Part shown: positions 22,603 to 35,000 of the stretch, piece after piece
Layout: each line of letters opens with the position of its first letter
How positions within the stretch are numbered: the first letter of the stretch is position 1
From: Balanoglossus misakiensis
Lineage: Eukaryota > Animalia > Hemichordata
NCBI GenBank assembly: GCA_040954595.2
Contig: CM082577.2
Span: forward strand, 16,561,903 to 16,625,902
Direction of reading: 5' to 3'
DNA length: 64,000 nucleotides
Position numbers and translations under genes: made by a program
The notes under the pieces: generated by a model
Seen by the model: the letters and a program-made list of their open reading frames with translations, nothing else
Database searches by the model: none
Told to the model about the DNA's origin: nothing

Positions 22603-25600
22603 TGTTACGATATACGACTGATATAGCAGTGAGATATGCTAATTACTACTGTTCACCTTTGACCCCTACTCCAGTGTAAGCCGCCATCTTGAGCTACGAT
22701 AAAACCCACTACACGAGACATGGTGTCAGGAGTGGTCGATTTGGTGTAATTTCAAGCCACTGAATCGCAATCGAACGATAACTCACGAAGCCTAACGACA
22801 CAGCGGAGCGTTACAGAAGACTCCATCGTTAGTAAAGGAAACGAATAGTGATAAAATACGAATCACTGCATCGACTGAAAAGCCAGACAGTCACGTGCGC
22901 ATTGAATGAACAAACATGGCGACGAGCAATTTTCCCGTTCCGGCAGCCATGGACATGAAAGGCGATCTCGTACAGAATTGGTCTTTTTTCAGATCACATT
23001 GGGAAGACTACGAAGTCGCAACAGCTCTGGAAACCAAAGGTGATGAGATCAGAGTTGCCACACTACGTTCTGTACTGGGAAAAGACTGCCTAAGAGTATA
23101 CAAACACCTCGATATGACGGAGGACGACAAAAAGAAGGTCAAACCAATTTTAGATGCGCTAGAAAAACATTTTGAGCCAACCAGAAACGTGATCTATGAA
23201 CGGTATGTATTCAATACCAGCGATCAGGATGCTACTGAAACCATTGAACAATATGTCACCAGATTACGGCAACTGGCTGACACTTGCAAATTTGAAGCTG
23301 TAAAAGATGACCTGATCAGAGATAGAATAGAACTGGGTACAAAAGATAATGCTGCACGAGCCATAGAAATGTGTCGCAGCAGTGAAGCCACACAAATGCA
23401 GCTGAAACGAATCAGTACCAATACAGAAGTTCAAGCAGTAAACTTCGCATCCAAAACAAGACAGCAGTACAAAAGAAAACCGAACTCATACAAGCGTGAC
23501 AGCACACAAACAGAACAGAAAGAGAAAAAAGAGCCAAGAAAATGCAGATACTGTGGAGGAAAACACATAGACAAAACTCTGTGTCCTGCATATGGTGAAA
23601 CATGTAAACTGTGTAAGAAGAAAAACCATTATGCAAGAGTTTGCAAACTGAAACAACACGACCGAGCCAATCGTGACGGACAGAGGAGAAAAGTCCACAT
23701 GATAGATGAGCAAGACAAATACTCATCAGATGAATCAGCCCTACACATCCAGCATTATGTGGGATCAGTCAAGTCTACCGGAAAACAGTGGTTTGTGAAA
23801 CTAAACCTGACTGCCGATGGTGGTGACAGATACCCACTAGATTGTCAGCTGGATAGTGGTGCAACATGCAATATGATCAGTTATAGAGATTATTGCAGAA
23901 TTACACAGGATGGTGATCCACCCCTACAGCCAAGCAAAGTGAAACTGAGACTGTACGGTGACACAACCATGTATCCAAAGGGACAGTGTAACCTGAAATG
24001 CAAGTACAGAGGTCACATGTATAACTTGACATTCCAAGTAGTGGACACAACACAGAAACCACTATTATCAGCAGAAACATGTGAGATGTTGAAACTACTC
24101 ACTGTCAATGTCAAGCAGCCAGTGAATACAGTCACAGCCACTGAACCGAAGCAAATGGATACACAGCAGCAACCACACGGCAGAGAAATGCTGACTGAAG
24201 AGCAAATACTCACAGAATATTCTGATGTTTTCCATGGTCTTGGATGTCTGCCAGGTGAATATCACTTTGAAATTGACAAGAATGTGAAACCTGTAAAGAA
24301 TCAACCACGGAAAGTACCAGTTCCGATGAGAGCTGAACTGAAAGCAAAGCTGGAATCCCTAGAGAAACAAGGAGTGATAACCAAAGTTACCACCCCTACC
24401 AAATGGATCAGCAGTATGGTCGCAGTCAAGAAACCAGGTAAACTACGTGTCTGCTTAGACCCCAGCGATCTGAACAAAGCGCTGAAGCGACCACATTACC
24501 CTATGCCTACGATAGAGGAAATACTGCCAAAGCTCACAAATGCCAAACTGTTTACGGTCCTAGATGCCAAGGATGGCTTCTGGCAGGGGAAATTAGATGA
24601 AGAAAGCAGCTATTTGACCACCTTTTGGACACCTTTCGGACGCTACCGCTGGCTACGGATGCCATTTGGAATCAATAGCGCCCCTGAATAGTTCCAAAGG
24701 AGACAACATGAAGTACTTGAAGCACTGCCAGGTGTAGAAGTGATAGTTGATGACATACTAGTGTATGGCAGTGGCGATACAATGGAAGCAGCTGAGAGAG
24801 ATCATGACCAGAACCTGATAGGAGTGCTGAATCGTGCCAGGAAAGTGAATCTGAAGCTGAATAAAAGGAAGCTGAAACTCAGACTCACATCTGTACCGTA
24901 CATGGGACATCTGCTGACCACAGAAGGTTTGAAACCGGATCCAGAAAAAGTCCGAGCAATACTTGAGATGGAAAACCCCAAAGATGTACAAGGCGTACAG
25001 CGATTTGTGGGATTCGTCAATTACCTCACAAAATTCCTACCACACCTGTCTGAAGTGTGCGAGCCCCTTCGTAGACTTACAGACAAAGAAGCAATATGGT
25101 CATGACAACCACATCATGATGAAGCAGTAGCACAGGTGAAGCAACTTGTCACCAATTCCCCGGTGCTCAGATACTATGACGTCAGATAAGAAGCAACAAT
25201 CCAATGTGATGCAAGTGAGACTGGACTCGGCGCAGTACTACTACAGAATGGACAGCCTGTTGCGTTCTCGTCCAGGTCCCTCACGCAGACAGAACAACGC
25301 TATGCACAAATCGAAAAGGAGTGCCTAGCAATCGTCTTCGCATGCGAGAAGTATTCAGTACATATTGGGACGTGATCTTGTCACAGTAGACTCAGACCAC
25401 AAACCCCTAGAGATCATCTTCAGAAAACCTTTGCTGTCCGCACCGAAAAGACTACAACGAATGTTGCTGCGATTGCAGAAGTACAACATAGAAGTGCACT
25501 ACAAACGAGGAAAGGAGATGTATATCGCAGATTTCCTATCTCGAGCATCGCTGCCACCCAGACAAATACAGAGTGATACACCGCAGTAGGCGATCTTCAA

Positions 25601-27363
25601 CATCAAAGAAGAATCGAAGCTGGTGACTGAGATAGAAAACATCAATGCAGCAGATTACCTGAATGTAACAGACCAAAGAATGCAACAGATACAGCGTCAC
25701 ACTCAGCAGGACGAAGCCCTACAAGTCCTGAAATCTACTACACTTGTTGGATGGCCTGAGCTGAAGGAGGAAGTACCATACGCCATCAGGGAATACTGGC
25801 AATACAGAGATGAGATTACTGTGCAAAATGGTGTTCTATACAGAGGTTCCCGTGTCATAATTCCCAAAGCAATGCGTCCAGAGATGCTAGCCAGAGTGCA
25901 TTCAAGCCACTTAGGTGTTGGTTCGTGTCTACGCAAAGCCCGAGACACTATCTACTGGCCACGCATGAATGATGAAATACGTGACACCATCAGTCACTGC
26001 AGCACCTGCAATGAATACGCACAACAGAACCAGCAGAAAGAAACACTCATGACTCATGAAATACCAGATAAACCTTGGAGCAGAATAGCAATGGATCTAT
26101 TCACATATCATGGCGACAACTACCTTGTCATGGTTGACTACTATTCTGACTTTTGGGAAATGGACCATGTAACAAGTACCACAGCAGAAACCATCATCAA
26201 TTGCTGTAAAGCCCAATTCAGTCGACATGGAATACCAGAAGTTGTCATGTCCGACAATGGTCCACAATTCGATTGTGCCGAATTCAGAAGTATTGCCAAC
26301 GACTGGGAGTTTCAACATGTTACATCATCGCCGTACCATAGCCAGTCCAATGGTAAAATTGAGGCAGCAGTCAAAATTGCGAAACGACTCATCAAGAAAG
26401 CATGCAGAGATGGCAACGACCCCTGGAAAGCAATCCTTGATTGGAGAAATACCCCAACGGAAGGAATGCAGAGCAGTCCAGTACAACGACTCATGTCACA
26501 TCGCACCCGTACATCACTGCCCACTGCAAACCGTCTACTCATACCCAAAGTAGTAGAAGGAGTCACAGATGAGATAAAGCACCGCAGGAAGAAATCCAAA
26601 TTGTACTAGGACCAGCGAGCGAAGGATCTTCCAGACCTACATATTGGCCAAACAGTTCGGATGGGCGAAGCCACTACCGACAGACAGAGAGCAGAAATGG
26701 CGTATAGGAACCTGTTTGGATCAAGTCGCTCCTCGCTCATACAATGTCAACGTCGATGGTCGAGTATATCGTCGTAACCGTGCATTTCTTCGAGCCACAA
26801 AGGAACACATGCCACCACCGATGGAGAGTGAGATCATACATGCAGATTCTACAAGTGCCAGCATGAAGCCTGATACTACAGTTTGTGATACGCCATCACC
26901 AGCCCGTGATCCAGTATCAGTCCCTGTGAAACAAACAACTGACAAACCTAGTGTAGATAGACATCACACAGACGCATCATCATCATCTACTCGATACACA
27001 CGCACTAGAGTAGTCAGCACACCCACACATTTCAAAGATTTTGTGTTGAAATGACTGCATAGTTGAGTTGCACAATTTCATTGTGAATTGAGATTCGGAC
27101 AATGTTTCGAACTTTTCTTGTTGAAAGACATTGACTCATGAACTGACACTGACAATGTGTTGCAGAGTTATTCGATTTGCTGTTTTATTGTTCCAGAAAA
27201 TTGTTGATGTTCGTGTTCTTTTCAATTTTTTTATGAAAAGAGGGATGTTACGATATACGACTGATATAGCAGTGAGATATGCTAATTACTACTGTTCTCC
27301 TTTGACCCCTACTCCAGTGTAAGCCGCCATCTTGAGCTACAATAAAACCCACTACACGAGACA
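22603..27363 (+). mobile_element. Full-length defective Ty3/Gypsy LTR retrotransposon (Mag-like)
   Basis: LTRs 22603-22720 and 27246-27363 (118 bp, TG..CA, 2 mismatches); TSD ATATA; PBS tggtgtcaggagtgg (tRNA-Leu-type); PPT gaaaagaggga; domain order gag-PR-RT-RNaseH-IN. Confidence 0.97.
22916..27054 (+). pseudogene. Disrupted gag-pol polyprotein of the Gypsy element
   Basis: Gag with two CCHC knuckles (CRYCGGKH..C; CKLCKKKNHYARVC), protease LDSGA, RT (LDAKDGFWQ, RMPFG, IVDDIL), RNase H (CDASETGLGA, DHKPL), integrase (HSSH..CSTC, SDNGPQF, SNGKIE). In-frame stops near 24689, 25103, 25187, 25587 and 26607; frameshifts near 25350 and 26665. Confidence 0.95.
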
Positions 27364-28210
27364 ATATACATAACATAGTGAAGCCTGAATTTAGGTCAGT
27401 TCATGTCGAGTGCCTGCAGCTGAGTGACAGTACCCCTACCAACTCATGCAGTTCATTCCTTCCTTATACGCTGCACGTATATTATATTTCCCAGGGAAGG
27501 GAAACTTTCTGTAGTAACAGCTGGATGACTGGTAGGTCTCGTGGGTTCACAGACAGTTCATATTCAGACGGGCAACCAAACACTTTTACGGTATAGTATT
27601 TAATGCTGTGTTCAGATCAACACCATAATGTACACTATATTGTCTTATCTCGTTTGTGTAGTTGTTTTTAATTAGTCAGACTACTATTTTTAATTGTGTC
27701 TAAATAGTCTCTTTATGCTGTCAACTTCTTTTTTTTTAGATTAATTGTTCAGAATAATGCTTATAGTTTCCATGAGTTGCGAGTACTCAATCCAAAAGGT
27801 TATATGTCTGGCACGTCTTTAAGGTAGGGGACTAACCACATGGTCATAAAATTATATATGCCAAAAAGAAAACACTATGTCACCGTGCTGGAGAACAACC
27901 ATATAACAACTACATGTATCGGGGGAGGAATGCAACAGAAGGGCTAATTCAGAATTCGCTCTTTTCTATTTATGTTTGTATTGAAATTTAATCAGGAATC
28001 AATCAGAAAATTTACAATATTTTTTTTTTACATTCAGAGTAGACCCCATCTTAGCTCGCCTGCTAAAGTGATAGATGACGGGTCAGTCTGAGGGTTCAGT
28101 TGTGCCATGATAAATGACCGGCAGTAAGGGTCATGAGTCGTGTCATGCGAATGCGTGTTGGCCCACTGTATATGCACACAATGATATCGGCCCATGATTG
28201 GTTCCTTTAA

Positions 28211-28984
28211 GATGGGGCACCCGTATCTTTTTGCCCGTTGCTATGGGCCTTTATAGGACACTACACTAAATTTTGAACGAAACCGCTATGAACGTCCGAC
28301 AAGGTTGAAAATACGCACGATTGTGTGCACACCCCCTGTCCGAGCATAGTTTCGGCAGCTACCGCCCGGCCATAGGCCGCTACGCTAGTACGGCAAAGCA
28401 GCGGTCAGCGATAGCGTGCGCGTCCTGTAACCACAGTAACTGCATCGAAGGCTAAAAATCCAATGTGTTTGTACACTGAGATTTGTACCGTTCACAAAAA
28501 TCCCTAAGGCTTTTTTCATAGGCCTCGTACGCCAGTCAAATTTGACCTGCTTGTTGAGAACGCACTTCCGCACAGTGTGACGGATCGTTTTTTCGTCGTG
28601 CTAAGAAGCGATACCGGTGGAAGAGTGCGTCCAAAAACACCCAAAATCGATGACTTTTTCAGGTGTGGTACGGGTATGCTGAAATCGTAGGATACAACGA
28701 TCATATTCGAAAACAAAATCCTTCACGATCTTCTCTGGTTCGAGCAACTAATGAATACGTATCAAGTTCGTTTTTGAGGTCATGGAATAAAAAGCCTTAA
28801 GCTTTTGAAATTTGACCTAGCTAATTTGCATATCAATAGCATCAGGGGCGCGCGCTCACAATCGTCCATATTTTCAACTAGTTACCAGCCCCTTGTTAGA
28901 CTCTGAAAACGGCTTAGTACAAATCGGGGTGTAATGTCCCAAAACGACCCATAGCAACGGGCAAAAAGATATGGGTGCCCCGTC
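28211..28984. mobile_element. 774-bp TTAA-flanked non-autonomous DNA transposon ~110 bp upstream of the GMC start codon
   Basis: ttaa|gatggggcacccgtatctttttgcccgttgctatggg ... cccatagcaacgggcaaaaagatatgggtgccccgtc|ttaa (37-bp TIR, 2 mismatches). Confidence 0.88.
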
Positions 28985-29091
28985 TTAAATCCAAGTGTCC
29001 TGAGCGTTGGCATACCTGCTGCAAAATGGTATGACCCGTACTTTGCCCCCTAACATACAGTGTATATATGTATATCACCAGACGATTCATC

Positions 29092-32000
29092 ATGGCTGCG
29101 AGTGTAGGAGGCGATATAGGCCTACATGTATACGACTACGTTATCGTTGGTGCTGGAAGTACGGGCTGTGTGCTTGCAAACCGTTTATCAGAGGACGAGA
29201 ATACCAGTGTTTTGCTGATAGAGGCTGGCCCCGAGGACACCAAGCCGGAAATCCACCATCCTTGCAAGCAGATAGCGATTTTGATGTCTGACATTGATTG
29301 GCAATATAAGGTGAAAGCCCCCGATATTAACCACTTGCATTAACGTTGTAGTTACCTTTGTCTGTTTGTCTGTCTGTCTTTCTGTCTGTCTGCCTGTCTG
29401 TCTGTCTGTCTGTCTGTCTGGCTGTTTGTTTGTGACACCGATAGTTCGAATTACATGTGGACAAGCGCTTGGGCCCTAGTGGCATCGTTGGAGTTTATCT
29501 TGCTTTCTTTATTCGTGTGCCAATTCTTTGCTCACCTAGATCTCTGAAACCATTGCAGGGTCGGTAAGTAGTTGTGCATGACACCCTTGAATTGTTTAAT
29601 TAGTCACAGGATATTGGATTTTCTGAAATTGTTAAAGCGACTTCTTCTCAAAAACTACAGGGCAAATCAAGTTCAAATTTGGTACATAGTACACATGTCC
29701 TCTACCCTTCAAAGTTCGACAATAAAATCCTGAGCGGGCAATTGACTTTGGCCGCCATATTGGGTTTTCAAAAAAGCACGGTAAAATCTTCTTCTCCAGA
29801 ACCGGCAATGACCGAGTCATGGGATTTGGGGCATGTGATCACCTAACTGATGTCTATCAAGTTTGCGATGAGCATTGTGATTGGTCTAAGATTATGGCGG
29901 CCGTATGGGATTTTGTAAAAACCGAGGAAAAAAGAAATTTTCTTTTTCTAGTCTTAAATTCATAGCACACAATTTTTTTATGGATATCAGTCGTCATATG
30001 ACTAGAATATATCACCTTTTTTGGCAATTTTCACATGTCCTTTGACGTACTTTTTTGAGAACCAGTTTATATGCATATATACCATATATTACCTGTTCTA
30101 AAAGTACCAGCTGCAGAGTTCTGATTTTTGTGCACATGGTTAGCAAGGATCTACCCCAAATATTTTGGTAATTTTGGCAATGACCTTTGACCTACTTCTG
30201 ATAAATCGTTTTTCTGCATATCTAATTCCAGGCTATACCTATAGGGCTAGAAGTTAGATTTTTGATGCGTGTGGATTTGTATGTGATAAAAATATTTTGC
30301 TGCTTTTCAGGACACCTTTGATCTCTGCGCGTACCTAATAACAGGCGAACCAATAGAGCCAGAGGTGTGGTTTTTGTGGGACAAAGACCAGTACGGAGCC
30401 AAACATTTTTGACAAAATTTTGGGTGACCTGGGATGACCTATGACACATTTTTCCAGTATCTCAGCACCAAACATAGATTCAGCATTGTTATTTCATGGG
30501 ATGAAACTCCTGATAGAGCATTATGTTCTACTCATTAATAATGTGCTCATCTAATTCCAAATCAGTCAATAGGGCTTGGGCCCCGACAATGCTGCTTGCA
30601 GCTTTAATTAGGGCCCAAGCGCATGCAGTATTATCCTGGTTTTTCTTCTACTTCTTTTTTTTTCTTGTGTAGTTTTTTCGGCCCGCTAGATCTGGAAAAC
30701 GGATGATCCTACAAATTTCAAAGTTGGCACAATGGTGCAGGCCAATGAGAGCTGGTGCAGTACCCTTGTGAATGTTTAATAAGTCACGTGACCTGATGAC
30801 CATATATGGGCAAAATTTCAAATTGGCCTAATTTGCATATGAATTGCCATATCAAAATTCTGTTAACATACTTTGTGGACCACATGGCCAGGGTTCTACA
30901 TGCCAAATGTCAAGGCCATAGGCCATGTCAATTTAGAGAAGAAGATTTTTAAGTATTATTTTTCATATTTTTCGCCCAAGCCATGGGCCAGCTAGCCTAG
31001 CATGTGTCAATAATTTTAAGCGAAAAAAAATAATATGAAAAATCGACCGATTTTTTATATTAAATTTATACCTTTACTTATACCTCTATGGTTAAGCTAT
31101 GTCCATGTCTTATTGTGGAATTCTGGTCTGTACAATAGTCCTGTACAGTGACTGTCTATTGGTCAGTGAGCACAATGGCACCACAATAAAAGGCACAATT
31201 TTAGGCTCACCTGTAACACCTGCTTAACTTGTTAATTATGTGCATACCTAATTCTGGGCTAACTAAGAGGGCTAGAGGTTTCGTTCTTGTGGGACATGGA
31301 CCAGTATAGGGTCAAAATTTCTTGCCCAAATTTTGGGTGACCTCAGGTGACCTTTGACCTACTTTCCTATATCTCGGCATCCAGAGCAGGCACAGACTTG
31401 GCGTTTGGAGGGTTGGGATTAAAATTGAAAAGCCAAAATGGGGGTCACCTGTGACACCTGCATATCTCATTAATTATGTGCATACCTAATTCCAGGCTAA
31501 CCAATAGGGCTATAGGTTTGGTTTTTGTTGAACATGGATCAGTATAGGGTCAAATTTTCTTGCCCAAATTTTGCATGACCTCAGGTGACCTTTGACCTAC
31601 TTTACCAGATCTTGGCATCCAGAGCAGGTACACACTTGGCGTTTGGAGGGTTGGGACTAAAATTGAAAAGCCAAAATTGGGGGTCACCTGTGACACCTGC
31701 CTACCTCATTAATTATGTACATACCTAATTCCAGGCTAACCAATAGGGCTATAGGTTAGGTTTGTGTTAAACATGGACCAGTATATGGTCAAAATTTCTT
31801 GCCCAAATTTTGCATGACCTCAGGTGACCTTTGACCTACTTTACCATATATTGGCATCCAGAGCAGATATGTTTATTGCTATGTTGCTATGTGCTATGTT
31901 GGCTTGGGCCCGCTATTGCTGCTTGCAGCTATATTTTATGTTTATTTTTTTTATGCGATATTTAGTTCCTGTATAGAAACAGACTGCTCAGTATTTTGCC

Positions 32001-35000
32001 TCTGTACAATTTACGTCGAATGATCTAATGGTGCCTGTTGAATATCTTGTGACGTAAGGTAATATTCTGATGTATGTATCTTCAGCTATTTCAGGTGGAG
32101 CCATAATCTATTGATGTAATTCCTCGGTGAATTCGAACGTCCGTTTGTCAGACTTCGCATCGCATTTGTGTTCATTCCTTGATTTTTCTGCTTTTAATGC
32201 TCTGCCTTAAGTCTCTATTGCGTCATAGTGTTGTGTATGTGTGTATATTGATCACACATTTTATTAAAACAAACTTCGAAGGAGGCTTCATGCACTGGCC
32301 AAGTTGTGAGGTATATTCTACAAGGAAAACAATAAATGGATGGAATTATAACATGACAAACATAGTCACTTGGTTGAAATGCGAAAGATCGCGCATGCAG
32401 ATGAAAATATAATTTTAATATTAGAACAGGGACAGTATTCCAAGCAGTAAAACAAGAGAAAATACCATTATCACTCTTATAGAGCGTAAAATGAATTTAG
32501 CAAAAACGGTCATAAAAGTACCAGAGTTATTTATATCCCTCACCTGTGAACATTTACTGTAGATTCTGTGTATGTTCTTATCATTAAAGCCCCTATAGCT
32601 GCAAAATTCCACGTATTTTTCCCTATCCTCTAAAATCCTCACCATTACGCCATGCATTTTCACCAGTTTGTCATCTCTTGGTGATGCATACCAAGATAGC
32701 TGCATACGAACACCTTATCGTTGCCCAATTGTAACTGCATGTTGCAATTTGCACACGCCATGTACTAAAACGGTGTCGCACCGATTTAATCAGCCTCCAT
32801 ACAAACACCTTGTCTTCTCACACTCCTGGCACGCTGGGAGTGTGAGAACAGAGTGTGAGAACAAATTGTTCTCACACTCTCACTGAATCGAAAGCTGTAT
32901 ATGACGCGATTGGTTGAAAAAGCCTTCATTTGCAAACGCGCCCTATAAATGTTATCCAATGGCGCGATGTGTATTACAGGGACAGAGACTACAACATGCC
33001 CAGACGACAGTTCCAGAGTCATTTGTTCAATGTTTTTAACGATTTTGGCTAATTTGTGGCCGTGTGAGAAATAGAATCTCACACACCAAGGACCTGGGAT
33101 CATATTTCTCACACTCGTCGGGGATTTTCTGTCCCACACTCGCCTGCGGCTCGTGTGGGACAGAAAATCCCTAACTCGTGTGAGAAGTATGATCCCAGGT
33201 CCTTGGGAGTGTGAGATTATATTAATCTCTTGGCGACACATACCAAGATAGCTGCGTACTGTTTGTATGGAGGCACCGTTTTAATACATGGCGTGTTCAA
33301 ATTGCAACATGCAGTTACAATTGGGCAACGATAAGGTGTTCGTGTATACCTATCAGTAAGCTTATTTAGATGGACCAATTAAATGGAAATAAAGCAAAAA
33401 GTGGCAGCTTTATAGTCTTTAAAGCTTAAAACAGCCAGGGGAAAGTGAAGTGTTATTTATGTAGTTTTTGAACGTATATCGAATGCCACGAAAAAGCATA
33501 TTTACATAGTTGGAAAAAATTGTGGAGAAAGTTTGCAAACTTCAAACCTGGCAAAAACATTGCTTATAATCCTACATGCTCAGCTATTTCTTGCGTTATA
33601 ATAGGTAGTTTTCATTTTTTTTTCTCAGTTAGACTGCTGTCAGAATACAGTTCAGTATAAACGCACAAGTGCCTGACACAATATTGACAATGATTTTAGA
33701 TCGATAAAAACACAATTCCTTCGAGATATATATGGAATTCATGCATGACAGTTGTCAAACTATGTTTTTGCAGACAACTCCACAGAAGCATGCATGTTTT
33801 GCCATGAAAGATCACCGCTGTAACTACCACAAAGGAAAGGTTAGTTTTATATACGGTATTGCATTCACTTTCATGACCCCTATCCATGTACTTCTGGTGG
33901 TATTGGGATGTCAAAATTCAACGTTTTGGTACAAGACATGTGTAAACTATTGCCTGAAAAGGAGCCATTTTGGTAATTCAGTACATAATTCGCTGACTGA
34001 AACCACAATTCTAGAGTTTTTGTTGAGTTGTTTCAGCAGACTGATGGTTTAATTCGAACGGAAGAACGAGGATATAAGGTCATGTGGGGGTTGTATCGGT
34101 GGGCCGGGACGTTTTAAAGGAGATGATTAGGTAAATTTATTTAGAGCGTTTATTTTCCAGATAGGCGAGAATCGCTGTCAAACCACGAACATTTATCAGT
34201 TTGAAATTATCGCTGCATTTCTGCCAGGTTCTTGGAGGTTCGAGCAGCATCAACGGTATGCAGTATGTGAGGGGTTGTAAAGAAGATTTCGATTCCTGGG
34301 CAAGACTTGGTGCTGAAGGATGGAGCTTCGATGAAGTGTTTCCTTATTTTCTGAAATCAGAAAACAACACAAAGTGAGTTTGCGAATGACGAGGGAACGA
34401 TGATGTGTTTGGCCGGAATGCAAATAAAGAAAACTAGATTGTACCATATCCGACTGATGTACGATAAATGTTTGGCAGGAATTGGTTTTCACAACTTTTT
34501 CAAATATTAACAAACAGGCAATGTTTAAATTACCCCGGGCCAAATGTTACATGTGTGTTCAGCAAAACTACTATGTGTTCCAAAATCTTTGTTACCCACT
34601 TTCCGTACAACTGTTGCATAATAGTTTTCAAACATCGCACCTTTTTGACTGGATTATCTGTTCTTTTCGTGATGTTCTTGCTTTGAGTGTTTACTTTTTC
34701 TTTGCTTAGCGAAGCATATGCAGAAGGTGAATATCATTCTAAAGGAGGGTACCTAACCGTATCTGACCTCTCGCCTACTTGCAAGACCAGCAATGCACTT
34801 ATTGAGGGAGGTAACTATTCTCACACTATCTGTATTCATGTAAGTTAATAGAAAAGGCGACTGAATATGCAATTAGGGTGGTTATTGACAGTATTACATA
34901 TCGTTCAAATCAGGACATTGCCCTATGTCTAAAGAATTACGGTTTACGCTTTACACCAGTGTGTATGCGTTAGTGTACGTGTACATTTGCATTGGATGTA

